Shown: positions 27,869-37,498 of the stretch, piece by piece
Position numbering within the stretch: the stretch's first letter is position 1
Layout of the letters: every line of letters starts with the position of its first letter
The notes under the pieces: model-generated
The model's database searches: none
Told to the model about the DNA's origin: nothing
What the model saw: the letters and a program-made list of their open reading frames with translations, nothing else
Position numbers and translations under genes: made by a program
Source of the DNA: an uncultured Nitrososphaerota archaeon
GTDB taxonomy: Archaea > Thermoproteota > Nitrososphaeria > Nitrososphaerales > CADDZS01
Assembly (NCBI GenBank): GCA_963799845.1
Contig: CAWCYI010000001.1
Span: 96,001-160,000, forward strand
Length of the DNA: 64,000 nt
Reading direction: 5' to 3'

Positions 27869-30154
27869 ATGGTTTCACAATCGGTCCTTTCAAGCAGATC
27901 CCGTGAGCGAGTTGTCTCATGGCTTTTGGATCGTGGAGATTACGTGTTCGCCCTTTCTCTTTACGTTGTACTAACGATTCTTTTCACATGGCCGCTTGCT
28001 GATAATTTCACGACGTTTGTCAACGGAAATATTCAGGACGTTTTTCACGAATTATGGTATCTGCATCTAGGTTCCAGCTCGACCTACGGGCCATTCTTCC
28101 TTTTTTCAACCTCTCTGTCATATTATCCGACCGGAGCGCCGCTTTACTTTCAAGTATTATCACCATTCAACACGCTAAATTTTGGTTGGATATCTGGGAT
28201 TTTTGGTGAGGTTATTGCTTACAATGTTTTGTACATGTTCACATTTTTCTTTGCGGGTTTTACGACTTATATCTTCGTAAAGTATCTGACTAACAACAAG
28301 TACGCCGCGTTCCTGGCAGGACTGGCATTCGCCTTTGCGCCCATCCACACTGGACAGGGATTCGCGCATCTCAATATCATGTCCGTTGAATTCCTTCCTC
28401 TCTTTGCATATTTCATGGTGAGGATGGCGAGAGAGCGAAGCATGTGGAACTCTATCTATGTTGCAGTCGCCCTTGTCCTCAACGCAATGTGCGACCTCCA
28501 CATGTTCCTATTGGCAGGAACAATGTTCGTCATCTATTTGATCTACACATTCTTGACTCAACGGAAGTTGATTGTCAATCGGGCTTACATTCATCGTTTG
28601 ATCGTTGCGCTATCTTTTGCTGCTCTAGCGACTTTTGTGGTGTACTTTCAGACAATCTATGGGCTGTTCTTCGTGCCGGTAAGCGTAGGATCTGCATCAT
28701 CCGTCACCCGGTTCATCTCGGCAAAATCTGCCGACCTACTCTCGTTCTTTGTTCCTTCGTCGGCAAATCCGTTCCTTAGCCGTTACGTCGCCTCAATCAA
28801 CACCCAAATTGGAAAGGTCGCGGTTGTCCCGAATGAATCCGGCACGGCATATGTAGGCTACACTGTACTCGGCTTGGCAATACTCGGTCTAGTCTTCTTT
28901 TGGAAGAGAAGGGATGTCTATTTTTGGGGACTGCTTGCGCTTATAGGGGCTGTTTTGGCGCTTGGTCCGTACATTTCGATTGATGGAGTGTTGACCCCGA
29001 TCCCTGGGTTATGGGGATATCTTTACTATGTCATCCCGCTTCTCAATTCATTTAGGGCACCATATCGTTTCGATTACCTAGTCGCGTTCGGCCTTGCCAT
29101 ATTAGCAGGATATGGCGTAACAGGTATCTATGGGAAGCTTTCTGCGATCAAGGTTCCCGATGCATCCAAGACCGTGATGAAAGTTCTTGTGATTTGCATA
29201 TTGTGTAGTTTGATCATCGTAGAGTTTCTACCAATTCCGTATGCAGAATACAACGGCCAAATTCCCCAATTTTATCAAGTTCTCGCAAACGATCACTCGA
29301 ATTACTCTGTTATCGAGGTTCCGTTGCAAAAGAGTTTCTCGGTATACCTGTACTACCAATCTATCTACAACAAACCATTGATCGACGGATCTATTCCCAG
29401 AAACCCCCAATTTCCCAGCACTTTGCAGGAATCGGTTCCGTTCATAAATGAGCTAGGGTTTTACCCGCCCGGTAAAGCACCGATCGACATTGTCAATCAG
29501 ACGTTGCCGATAATGACTTTGGCGCCGTACATTTTAGAACAGTATCAAGTCAAGTACATTATTGTCCACAAAGACTTGTTCAATTCGCCCACGGGCTATC
29601 TTCCATATGTACAACTTCTTACTTCGATTTTGGGTCAGCCGATGTACCAGGACTCGACGATTGTGGCGTTCAGATTCGTTCCACCTGCTTCAAATCAGTC
29701 TGGAATTGTACAGTTCCTACAGAAATACAACAACATTAGTCTAGTCAGTTTCTTGTACGGAAACTGGTTCAAGTACGGGCTTTTCGGAGCGCACACAAGG
29801 GCTATGAGCGGATTTGCAGGGCTGGACATCTTCTCCTCTACAAGTCAGTCTGTGCAACTTCAGTTTAGCGTAGATGGTGTCGGATCGAGCTATCCTTTGC
29901 AGCTATCTGTCAACGGTGAGCCTCTTGGGACTTACATGGCCTTCAAAGGGGTATACACGACTTATTCAACATCATTTTTCCAAATCAAACCGGGACAAAA
30001 TCAAATTCTTTACTTCTCCCCCAATGGTTGCGCTGTCCCAATCGCACCAACAGCGAAGAATATTGTAAGACCGAGAGCGAACCTAAACTTTTGCGTCACG
30101 GCTGACTTTAAGTGGATCGATCCAATTGCAGCTCATACGACGATTCAATCTTGA
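27869..30154 (+). CDS. Large polytopic GT-C-like membrane glycosyltransferase (YfhO/PMT-like) with an extracellular C-terminal domain
   Basis: TWP, YYPTG, AAFLAGLAFAFAP, SADLLSFFVP, YVGY, LALGP, FRAPYRF, VKYIIVHKD. Confidence 0.75.
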   Translation: MVSQSVLSSRSRERVVSWLLDRGDYVFALSLYVVLTILFTWPLADNFTTFVNGNIQDVFHELWYLHLGSSSTYGPFFLFSTSLSYYPTGAPLYFQVLSPFNTLNFGWISGIFGEVIAYNVLYMFTFFFAGFTTYIFVKYLTNNKYAAFLAGLAFAFAPIHTGQGFAHLNIMSVEFLPLFAYFMVRMARERSMWNSIYVAVALVLNAMCDLHMFLLAGTMFVIYLIYTFLTQRKLIVNRAYIHRLIVALSFAALATFVVYFQTIYGLFFVPVSVGSASSVTRFISAKSADLLSFFVPSSANPFLSRYVASINTQIGKVAVVPNESGTAYVGYTVLGLAILGLVFFWKRRDVYFWGLLALIGAVLALGPYISIDGVLTPIPGLWGYLYYVIPLLNSFRAPYRFDYLVAFGLAILAGYGVTGIYGKLSAIKVPDASKTVMKVLVICILCSLIIVEFLPIPYAEYNGQIPQFYQVLANDHSNYSVIEVPLQKSFSVYLYYQSIYNKPLIDGSIPRNPQFPSTLQESVPFINELGFYPPGKAPIDIVNQTLPIMTLAPYILEQYQVKYIIVHKDLFNSPTGYLPYVQLLTSILGQPMYQDSTIVAFRFVPPASNQSGIVQFLQKYNNISLVSFLYGNWFKYGLFGAHTRAMSGFAGLDIFSSTSQSVQLQFSVDGVGSSYPLQLSVNGEPLGTYMAFKGVYTTYSTSFFQIKPGQNQILYFSPNGCAVPIAPTAKNIVRPRANLNFCVTADFKWIDPIAAHTTIQS

Positions 30155-30412
30155 AAAATCCTTTTGCTGATGAGGGAATAGATTTTGCCGATCGAAAGGA
30201 ACTAGTTTTGGTGTGAAAGTTTAATTTCTTTGCCTCAGGGAATCTTTCTGGCATCCTAGCGGTCTCAAATATTGTACTTTTTCAACGTCGCGTGACTTTC
30301 TGAGACTTATGGTAATGAGAGGGTGAATGTCATGACTATAGAGCTAAATTTAGCCTCTTGTCGCGAAGACGGATATTTCAATCCCTTATCCTGATTTCTG
30401 GCGCTTGCTTCC

Positions 30413-31855
30413 ATGCAAACGTGCATTTTCATATCTGCATTCGATGCTCTCGGAATATATAATGGTCAAAGAATCACACTTTGCCATATGTCAATCAAAA
30501 TGAACTCAACAAGTAGAACAGTTCTCGTTTCGAGCTCGATCACATTGGCTATCTTTCTTCTTAGTGGAATGGCATCATATTCCACCCTTTCTTCGCACGC
30601 CGCTAATCCTGTTTTCGGAGCTGCAATTAATTTGAGCAATGATGGAGCTAAAGCGAGCGAACCCGCAGTCGAGAGTAGCGGGAGCAACGTCGCAGTAGCA
30701 TGGACCCAAGGAACAGGTGGTGTTTACGTTCGGGTCAGCAGTGATGGGGGCTCCACGTGGTCTCCACCGACCACGAAGTCCGCACTGAAGGTTTCGACCG
30801 GCAAAGGCACTTCGTCATTCCCCGCCCCCTATACCGAGTATCAAAATACAAACGACTTTCTTTTTGCATGGACTGAGGCTAAGCAGATATGGGCAGCTGT
30901 GAGTAGTAACGGAGGGGCGACCTTTACGACCAAGCAAGTAAGCGTGAATGGTGGTGACATACCAGCTGTCGCCGGTTGGGGTTCTACACTCTATGTCTCA
31001 TGGACTGAGTCGAGCGGGTGCAGCAGCAACAGTGGAATGGGTTGCATTGTTGTCGGCTCCAGTACGAATGACGGAAATACCTGGGATAGGCCCATCCAAC
31101 TAAACCCATCCACCAATGGTGAGGAGGAGGTTGTCGCTACTTCGTCCACTAACGCTTACATTATCGCTGACGGAGTCTACTTTGAGTACACGATAAACAG
31201 CGGATCGAGCTGGAGCACACCATTCAAAATTTTCACTACGCCATTTCCAAACGAGGGCAGGGAACCTTGGATTGCGGCGTCGGGGAACAACATCTATGCA
31301 GTATGGGAATCTAACAGTACGAGCAAAGGTGTCAAATACCAAGATTATGGTAATATTAGCACTGACGGGGGCGCAACTTGGACTGCGGAGCCGGCCACCT
31401 TCTTCTCAGGGAGCATAAAGAACGACTGGGAGCCAGAAAATGTAGCCTACGGCAACACTGCATTTTTGACGTTTCATTCGCTGTCAAACCAAGGAATTTA
31501 CGTTGATGGGACGACCACTGCTGGATCTACGTGGAGTGCGCCTTTCCTTTTGAGCCCTACTTCCCTGTCTAGCGCTTACTCCCACATTTTCACCTCTGAT
31601 GGTGTGAATGTCTTTGTAATGTGGGGGCAGCAAATAAAGTCAGGATCGTCTACGTGGAACGCATACATGGCGTTCAGCGGAAACAGCGGTGGAACGTGGA
31701 GCATGCCAATCGACATCAGCAACAACGCGAATGGGGTGGCTGCTGCTAACAAAGATGTAACCACGTTCTCTCTTTCGAGTTCAGGAACTGCCTGTTATGC
31801 GGCCTGGACCTATACTTCTGGCGCGAGTTCACAGGTATATTTCGCATCTTCTTAG
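30413..31855 (+). CDS. Secreted Asp-box/BNR beta-propeller, paralog 3
   Basis: SSDGGSTW, STNDGNTW, STDGGATW, SGNSGGTW; REPWIAASG. True start probably ~30488-30500. Confidence 0.85.
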   Translation: MQTCIFISAFDALGIYNGQRITLCHMSIKMNSTSRTVLVSSSITLAIFLLSGMASYSTLSSHAANPVFGAAINLSNDGAKASEPAVESSGSNVAVAWTQGTGGVYVRVSSDGGSTWSPPTTKSALKVSTGKGTSSFPAPYTEYQNTNDFLFAWTEAKQIWAAVSSNGGATFTTKQVSVNGGDIPAVAGWGSTLYVSWTESSGCSSNSGMGCIVVGSSTNDGNTWDRPIQLNPSTNGEEEVVATSSTNAYIIADGVYFEYTINSGSSWSTPFKIFTTPFPNEGREPWIAASGNNIYAVWESNSTSKGVKYQDYGNISTDGGATWTAEPATFFSGSIKNDWEPENVAYGNTAFLTFHSLSNQGIYVDGTTTAGSTWSAPFLLSPTSLSSAYSHIFTSDGVNVFVMWGQQIKSGSSTWNAYMAFSGNSGGTWSMPIDISNNANGVAAANKDVTTFSLSSSGTACYAAWTYTSGASSQVYFASS

Positions 31856-31942
31856 CTTAAGAGACTCAAGTTCCCCGACGGAAATAGAAATTGAATCTTC
31901 GAGAGAAGAGGCGTCAGTTCACAATCCAGAAAAGGCGAAAGT

Positions 31943-31963
31943 ACGCCCTCAGTCGGAGGGCGT
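31943..31963. terminator. Hairpin between convergent genes
   Basis: ACGCCCTC-agtcg-GAGGGCGT. Confidence 0.35.
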
Positions 31964-31988
31964 CGTTCGTGTTGGGCTTAGTCGGCAG

Positions 31989-33089
31989 TTACCGGTGATG
32001 ATGATACGCGTCTGAATCTGACGAGCTTGCTGTAGTCGAGGTCACCGTTGTAGATGTGGACGAGCTTGAAGCTGTCGTCGTCGAGGTTGTGCTTGAACTC
32101 GACCAAGTCGTACTTGAGGTACTAGAGTACGAAGTGCTTGAGCTTGTCACTGGTGCGATCGGGTCGATGAACTGGAAACAGGTGAGTGCCGCAGTTCCAC
32201 CATTCTCCGCCAAATTACCTCCGGTGGTTGGATACTCCTGGTAGTTTCCCGGGATGGTGTTGAACGGAGTTGGAGCTCGAACAGCCCAATCGATCTCGTT
32301 TGATGAGAATGTCAAGTTAGGGACTGAACATACATTGTCGAACGACACATGGCTAGTTTGCTGCGGGTTGATGAGGAACACCATGTCAGCTTCTCCATTG
32401 CTACGGAATATTATCATTCCTCCAGTAATAATGTAGGAAGTGCTTCCACTTGGATTGACAACGACTGTGTAGATAGCTTCTCTCTGCTCGCCTCCTGAAT
32501 CAATCGAAGGAGGATATCCCGCTGTAGGACCATCACAACGAGCCAGCGGTGAATCGTGCGGGTTTCCCAGAGTTCCCTGGAAGTTTACGTCTACGTACTG
32601 ATCCAGGGTTGGATTCCCATCATCGGGACTAATTTGGATATCTGCACCTACAGTTCCAAAGTCCTTTCCTTGTCCGTTGGTAGCAAACCAATAGATGTTG
32701 TTAGTTGTTTGAGCAACATTAAATTTTAATTCGCTAATTATCCCGCCCGCAGGAATTTGGCTAGTTTGCGCGGTGTTGATGTAGAAGTAAGTGTATATCT
32801 TATGGCCGGCTCCTGGTACGAACTTTTGAGCAAGTCCAAGTCCGGTGAATTGGTAGGCCTGTGTTGGATTGCTGGCGCTCGCAACGTATGTCGGCATATC
32901 CCCTTCTGCCGTTGAGCTCTGCTTTGCAGGTCGTGCCCCGGGGGCAAAAGCATTAGCCGTCTGGGGACTTTGCACAATGAACGGGATGAGAATTACTAGA
33001 ACCATAACACCTGAGACCCAGAAGGCCTTCGAAATCTTAGACCTTCGAACTCCACTTGATGCATTCCTTTCCTTGTTGAGGCTAGACAT
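31989..33089 (-). CDS. Secreted protein of an unrecognised family (paralog A) with a Ser/Thr tail ending HHHR
   Basis: Signal-like N-terminus; motifs shared with 33534-34550. Confidence 0.75.
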   Translation of the reverse strand: MSSLNKERNASSGVRRSKISKAFWVSGVMVLVILIPFIVQSPQTANAFAPGARPAKQSSTAEGDMPTYVASASNPTQAYQFTGLGLAQKFVPGAGHKIYTYFYINTAQTSQIPAGGIISELKFNVAQTTNNIYWFATNGQGKDFGTVGADIQISPDDGNPTLDQYVDVNFQGTLGNPHDSPLARCDGPTAGYPPSIDSGGEQREAIYTVVVNPSGSTSYIITGGMIIFRSNGEADMVFLINPQQTSHVSFDNVCSVPNLTFSSNEIDWAVRAPTPFNTIPGNYQEYPTTGGNLAENGGTAALTCFQFIDPIAPVTSSSTSYSSTSSTTWSSSSTTSTTTASSSSTSTTVTSTTASSSDSDAYHHHR

Positions 33090-33533
33090 TTTTTCCGAAA
33101 TTCACTCCTTTTGTGATGGGGTCTTGGATAGTACGGTAAGTATTTTAGGTTCGAGAAGCTAAGGCAAGAATTATCTTTCAGGTAACAAAAATCTGTACTA
33201 GACATATTTGATTAGGGCAGTTACCCAAGTTTTTCTTTAATCAAACAGTATTCTTTCCTTAAGCAGAATTATGTTGAAGCGGTTCCGGTAAATTCGCTTA
33301 TATCGGGGCCTGCTATATGCGACTGGATTTTTTCACGAAACAGATTTACGTGATTGGAAATCTTCTTCCGAACTCCGCATCCGTTTTTGTCTTTCAAAGA
33401 ACGGATCTGGAAATAATCAAGAGGAAGATAATTATCGTACTTAAGGAGAATTCAAAAAATCAAAAAATAGAGTTACGAAAGTGAGAAAACACTCCCTTTC
33501 ACTTGTTTCATGCTCCATTAGCTTGTGAGCGAG

Positions 33534-34550
33534 CTAGAATTGATAGCTGGAATCGGTAAATTGCTCAATTATCCCTGCGTTCGTGCCTTCAGTGTTTGGG
33601 GGACAGTTTCCTCCCAGCGTTCCATATATTTTGTAGTTCCCGGGAATTTTTGCAGCAGCCGGCGGAGCCCGGACCGCCCATTCGAAGGAAGAGGTGCCGT
33701 GGGATAAGCTCATGCTGCAGCTGTTTGCTTTTCCTGGGGATGTTCCCACTCCCATCGTAGTCGAGCTCAAAAACACGTAGAATGCCGTTTGGTAGTTACC
33801 TCCCACTGATAACTCAGCCATTGTGGATCCTTTGATTTCGTAAGACTGCTTTGGATTTGCGTCGTTAACAAATATCATGTAAATGGAACTTCTTTCCTGA
33901 CCACCAGTGTCAACAAAACAAGATGGACCGGATGTCGAGAGTTGACTGTTAGGGAAATTCGTGCCTGGAACCGCGTTGATGTTGATATATTGGTCAAATA
34001 ACATCAACCCCGAAGAGCTATCTGCAACAAGATCTCCACCAACCGTAGCAAAATCGCGACTGCCAGTCGTTCCATCCTGCGCATCCCAATACATGTCATT
34101 GGTCTTGGCAGTTAGGTTAGTAGTGCACGATTTTGTAGTTCCTGCGGTGTTTACAGTTAAAGTGGACGCGGGATCAACATATACAAGCAAATAGATCTTG
34201 TTAGTTGTTCCTACAACATTCCTGAATACAACCGCGCCCATTATTGCATATGCTTGCAAATGATTTTGCGAATTCACGGCAAATGTATTGATATATTCCT
34301 CTTCCTGACCGTTAGAAGTCACACTACATAATCCATTCGAGCTTGAAATAGACGTGTTCGGGGTCACAGAGGTCGAATATGAGCTAGCGACCAGAGTTAG
34401 CTGAGTAAGCGAAGAAACAAGGAATAAAGTAGAAATTGAAATGACAATTAAGAGGAAATGACTAGAAAGTATTCGGTTACTGGAGTGGGAGCTTTCAATA
34501 GATTTTGGTCTAGATTGGACAGTAGATTTCACTAGGAGAAAATGACGCAT
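33534..34550 (-). CDS. Secreted protein of an unrecognised family (paralog B)
   Basis: Shares DFxTVGxD, DQY, DxGGxxRxxIY and WAVRAP...IPGNY....T.GGN with paralog A. Confidence 0.75.
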   Translation of the reverse strand: MRHFLLVKSTVQSRPKSIESSHSSNRILSSHFLLIVISISTLFLVSSLTQLTLVASSYSTSVTPNTSISSSNGLCSVTSNGQEEEYINTFAVNSQNHLQAYAIMGAVVFRNVVGTTNKIYLLVYVDPASTLTVNTAGTTKSCTTNLTAKTNDMYWDAQDGTTGSRDFATVGGDLVADSSSGLMLFDQYININAVPGTNFPNSQLSTSGPSCFVDTGGQERSSIYMIFVNDANPKQSYEIKGSTMAELSVGGNYQTAFYVFLSSTTMGVGTSPGKANSCSMSLSHGTSSFEWAVRAPPAAAKIPGNYKIYGTLGGNCPPNTEGTNAGIIEQFTDSSYQF

Positions 34551-35073
34551 TAAGATTTCTGAATTCGACGCAGGAACCTTGTTCTTTAATCCACAGAATT
34601 GAACGCTAATCTCGTAAAAAAACTAGTACTGCAATGTAGTGCATACTAATGCAAATTTGTAGGAGAGATGGCTTTTCATAACGATGGAGCGTACTCCATA
34701 ATCGGTGTAATTAGAATTCATCCGGAAAAAAGTCACTTTGATTCTCTTGATAATTCAGAGAATCTAACTGCCAAACTTACAGGCCAATTTTTCTAATATG
34801 CGTTTCTTACCATCAATTATTGGCTCCACTCCCTTCTTACATGAAGACAAGTTTGAAAACTCATGTGCAAATCCAGTTCATGAAAGTTCATCCAACTAAA
34901 CAGCTCATAAATTCTCTTTGAAGATTCCCAAGATCCTGAATTCAGAACAGTGATCTATAGAGCTCAAATTACTGTCTAATCGATCTTACTCCTTATTCGG
35001 CTCTAAACTTCTTGAAAGATAAGTATGAAAGTCAAGTGATTTACTGAATACAATCAAAGGGAATGAGGGAGAT

Positions 35074-35865
35074 TTGGCAAGAAGATCAGGTTCTGTTTTA
35101 TTGATTCTGATGAGTGCAATTCTTTTGTCAATGGTCCCGCAACCCATTTTTCTTTCGTCCGCAAGTGCAAACTTATCACAGAAGACGTCTTCCCTGTCAG
35201 TGGCAAGTTCGCAATATCTTGCCGGCTACGAGATTAACGGTCCGGGAGGTTCTCTAAACTATGTGGCAAGTGACTGGTACGTTCCCTCTGTGTCGTGCTC
35301 ATTAGGAGAAAATTCCATTTCATACTATCAAGTCGGGTTTGACGTGGGTCCGTCAAACAATGGTTTGGTTGATGAGGGTGTGGCAACTTCTTCTGGCTGC
35401 GTTGGCGGAGATTCAGCTTATTCTTGGTACTTCATATCCGTCGGAGAACTGTCACAGCTGGGAAACCCCATAGTCCATTCAGGTGATCACATGAGTGCAC
35501 GGATCTCCATGTCTCGTATTGGTACCAATAATTTCAAAATGGTAATAAAAGATCTTACTCGTGGTCACAGTTGGACAGAAATCGGGAGCTTCGACGATAA
35601 TTCTGCTCCGCGAGGAATGGCTCTATTTGCCCTTACGGGACAGTTTCCAATTCATCTTTCAAACTTTAGCGTAATCAAGACTAGCAATGATGAAGCGGGG
35701 TTTGTATCACAAAGTGGAACCCTCGGAGCGTTTGAAACAGCATCCGGATTTACTATTACGATGATCAATCTTGTTGACTCTGGAAATTCGGCCTCAGCTA
35801 CCCCGTCTTCACTTATGGGCAAGACAGGCGGGGCATTCAGGGTAACTTTCGTCGCTTCAAGTTAG
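35074..35865 (+). CDS. Secreted G1 glutamic-peptidase (eqolisin/A4)-like protein, probably non-catalytic
   Basis: LAGY, WYVPSVSC, VGFD, GC....YSWY, VHSGDHMSA, IKDLTRG, LSNFSVI pattern. The canonical catalytic motifs are altered. Confidence 0.6.
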   Translation: MARRSGSVLLILMSAILLSMVPQPIFLSSASANLSQKTSSLSVASSQYLAGYEINGPGGSLNYVASDWYVPSVSCSLGENSISYYQVGFDVGPSNNGLVDEGVATSSGCVGGDSAYSWYFISVGELSQLGNPIVHSGDHMSARISMSRIGTNNFKMVIKDLTRGHSWTEIGSFDDNSAPRGMALFALTGQFPIHLSNFSVIKTSNDEAGFVSQSGTLGAFETASGFTITMINLVDSGNSASATPSSLMGKTGGAFRVTFVASS

Positions 35866-35981
35866 GCTCGATCGCAAGAAAAAAGTCGTACTACCAGGTA
35901 GAATGGATGGCAGGTCTCCATAGACTCTCATCCGATCTGGTTTACATCATTCATCGATAAACTACTGATTCAGAGCGTTGT

Positions 35982-37157
35982 CTAACTGAATCTTGAAGGG
36001 AGATTGGGATCGAAAGCGAGCATCGCCTCACCCGTCGACTCAGGAGACGCACCCGTGAGACTTGGCGAGTACGTTGCTGCAACGCTTCCGTCTGCTAGTT
36101 GAGATGCCCAAAGTGTGTCGATTATCTGTTGCAAAGTGGGCTGCACATCAGGCCTCTGCCAGAAGTATGTACCGGTGCCATCCTTGCAACAACGTGCCAC
36201 TACTATCGTAAAGTCAAGGCTTCTGGTTCTATACTGAGTATCATAAGGTGCGCCGAGCTGACCCGGGGTCCCTGGCTGCCACGAGTTTATCACGCTCAGA
36301 AAATCGGTTGTTGTTTGATCGACATTTCCCTGCAAGTATTCTAGAAGCATTTTCGGTCCGAAGGTTTCCATTGCACTGGGCCCATTTGGTAAACAGACCG
36401 TCGGGAGTGCGGTTACTATTGGGTCGGGATCGCTGAGCGTATGTCCCGGGACGTACCAGATCTGCGAGGCAGTGTCCATGATACAGGTAAGCTTACCATA
36501 CGATGGCGACAGTTTTCCGAAAAAGGTCTCGCGCCGATCTGTACCGTTGTAACTCTCGCTCGATGGATTTGCTCCCAATGCAGGGTCTACGAATTGCGTA
36601 TCGTTCAGATAATTTCTTACGGTTTGGTTTACTTGAGTAGAAATTCCTTGTTGCGAGTTAAGCCAGTCGAGGGACAGTCCATGCTGGAAGTTGTTGTCGA
36701 TTATTACCATTCCAGGATGGTAGCCGTCATTAAATGAATTCCCAAACGAGTCGTCATAGCCGGGCCAGTTTCCTCCGCGCACCATTTGATAATTTGGGTC
36801 GAATCCATAGGTGTGGGACGTTTCTTCGCTCCATGGCTGCATTAACCACGAACGCAAGCCTTCGACTTCATTCGCGTACCGCTCGTAAAAGAACTGATAA
36901 TCGGAGGTATCGGCAATCGTTGCCGTGCTGCTACTTGTGAGCGTAGTGCCGCTGGTGGGTGTCGTGCTCGTCGTAGAAGATGAATTCGAAGGAGCCGGTC
37001 GAAGTCCCAAATAAGCAGCCGTCGCTGCGACAGCTGCAGCCGCGGCAATGCCACCGATAATAAAATTACGCCTTGATATCTTTGGTGTCTTCATTTGATT
37101 GAAATCAAACCTGCGAACTACAGAATTATGCGCGATTGCAGCTGAGAACTGAATCAA
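35982..37157 (-). CDS. Tat-exported hypothetical protein with Ser/Thr linker
   Basis: MKTPKISRRNFIIGG (likely start ATG 37094), TM, Thr/Ser linker, acidic domain ending LWASQLADGS. Confidence 0.7.
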   Translation of the reverse strand: MIQFSAAIAHNSVVRRFDFNQMKTPKISRRNFIIGGIAAAAAVAATAAYLGLRPAPSNSSSTTSTTPTSGTTLTSSSTATIADTSDYQFFYERYANEVEGLRSWLMQPWSEETSHTYGFDPNYQMVRGGNWPGYDDSFGNSFNDGYHPGMVIIDNNFQHGLSLDWLNSQQGISTQVNQTVRNYLNDTQFVDPALGANPSSESYNGTDRRETFFGKLSPSYGKLTCIMDTASQIWYVPGHTLSDPDPIVTALPTVCLPNGPSAMETFGPKMLLEYLQGNVDQTTTDFLSVINSWQPGTPGQLGAPYDTQYRTRSLDFTIVVARCCKDGTGTYFWQRPDVQPTLQQIIDTLWASQLADGSVAATYSPSLTGASPESTGEAMLAFDPNLPSRFS

Positions 37158-37467
37158 ACAATTGCGAAGAGCCGACTAAAAAACAAAACTAATTCAGCGG
37201 TGCTGCTACACTTATTTGGGAGAGTTCCAGAAAGGATAATCCTCATAAGAGATCGGTTCTTTGAAAGTATGAAACGTATCCTCTCTTATTTGGATCCTCA
37301 ATTACCCTTCGACGGCCTCGGACATATCAATCTATACAAACCAGATTTGGCGCAAAAATGCCGATAGGGGAACCTAATCGCATTTTCGACTTGCTCTAAC
37401 TAGATGTTGGAACGGATTTAGGGCAGGACCTTTGATCGACGACGGATTTCTTGCAATGGGGTAAGTA

Positions 37468-37489
37468 TTTGCCCGAGGTCTCGGGCAAA
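37468..37489. terminator. Near-perfect inverted repeat just downstream of the 918-aa gene
   Basis: TTTGCCCGAG-gt-CTCGGGCAAA. Confidence 0.45.
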
Positions 37490-37498
37490 GACCTGTTA

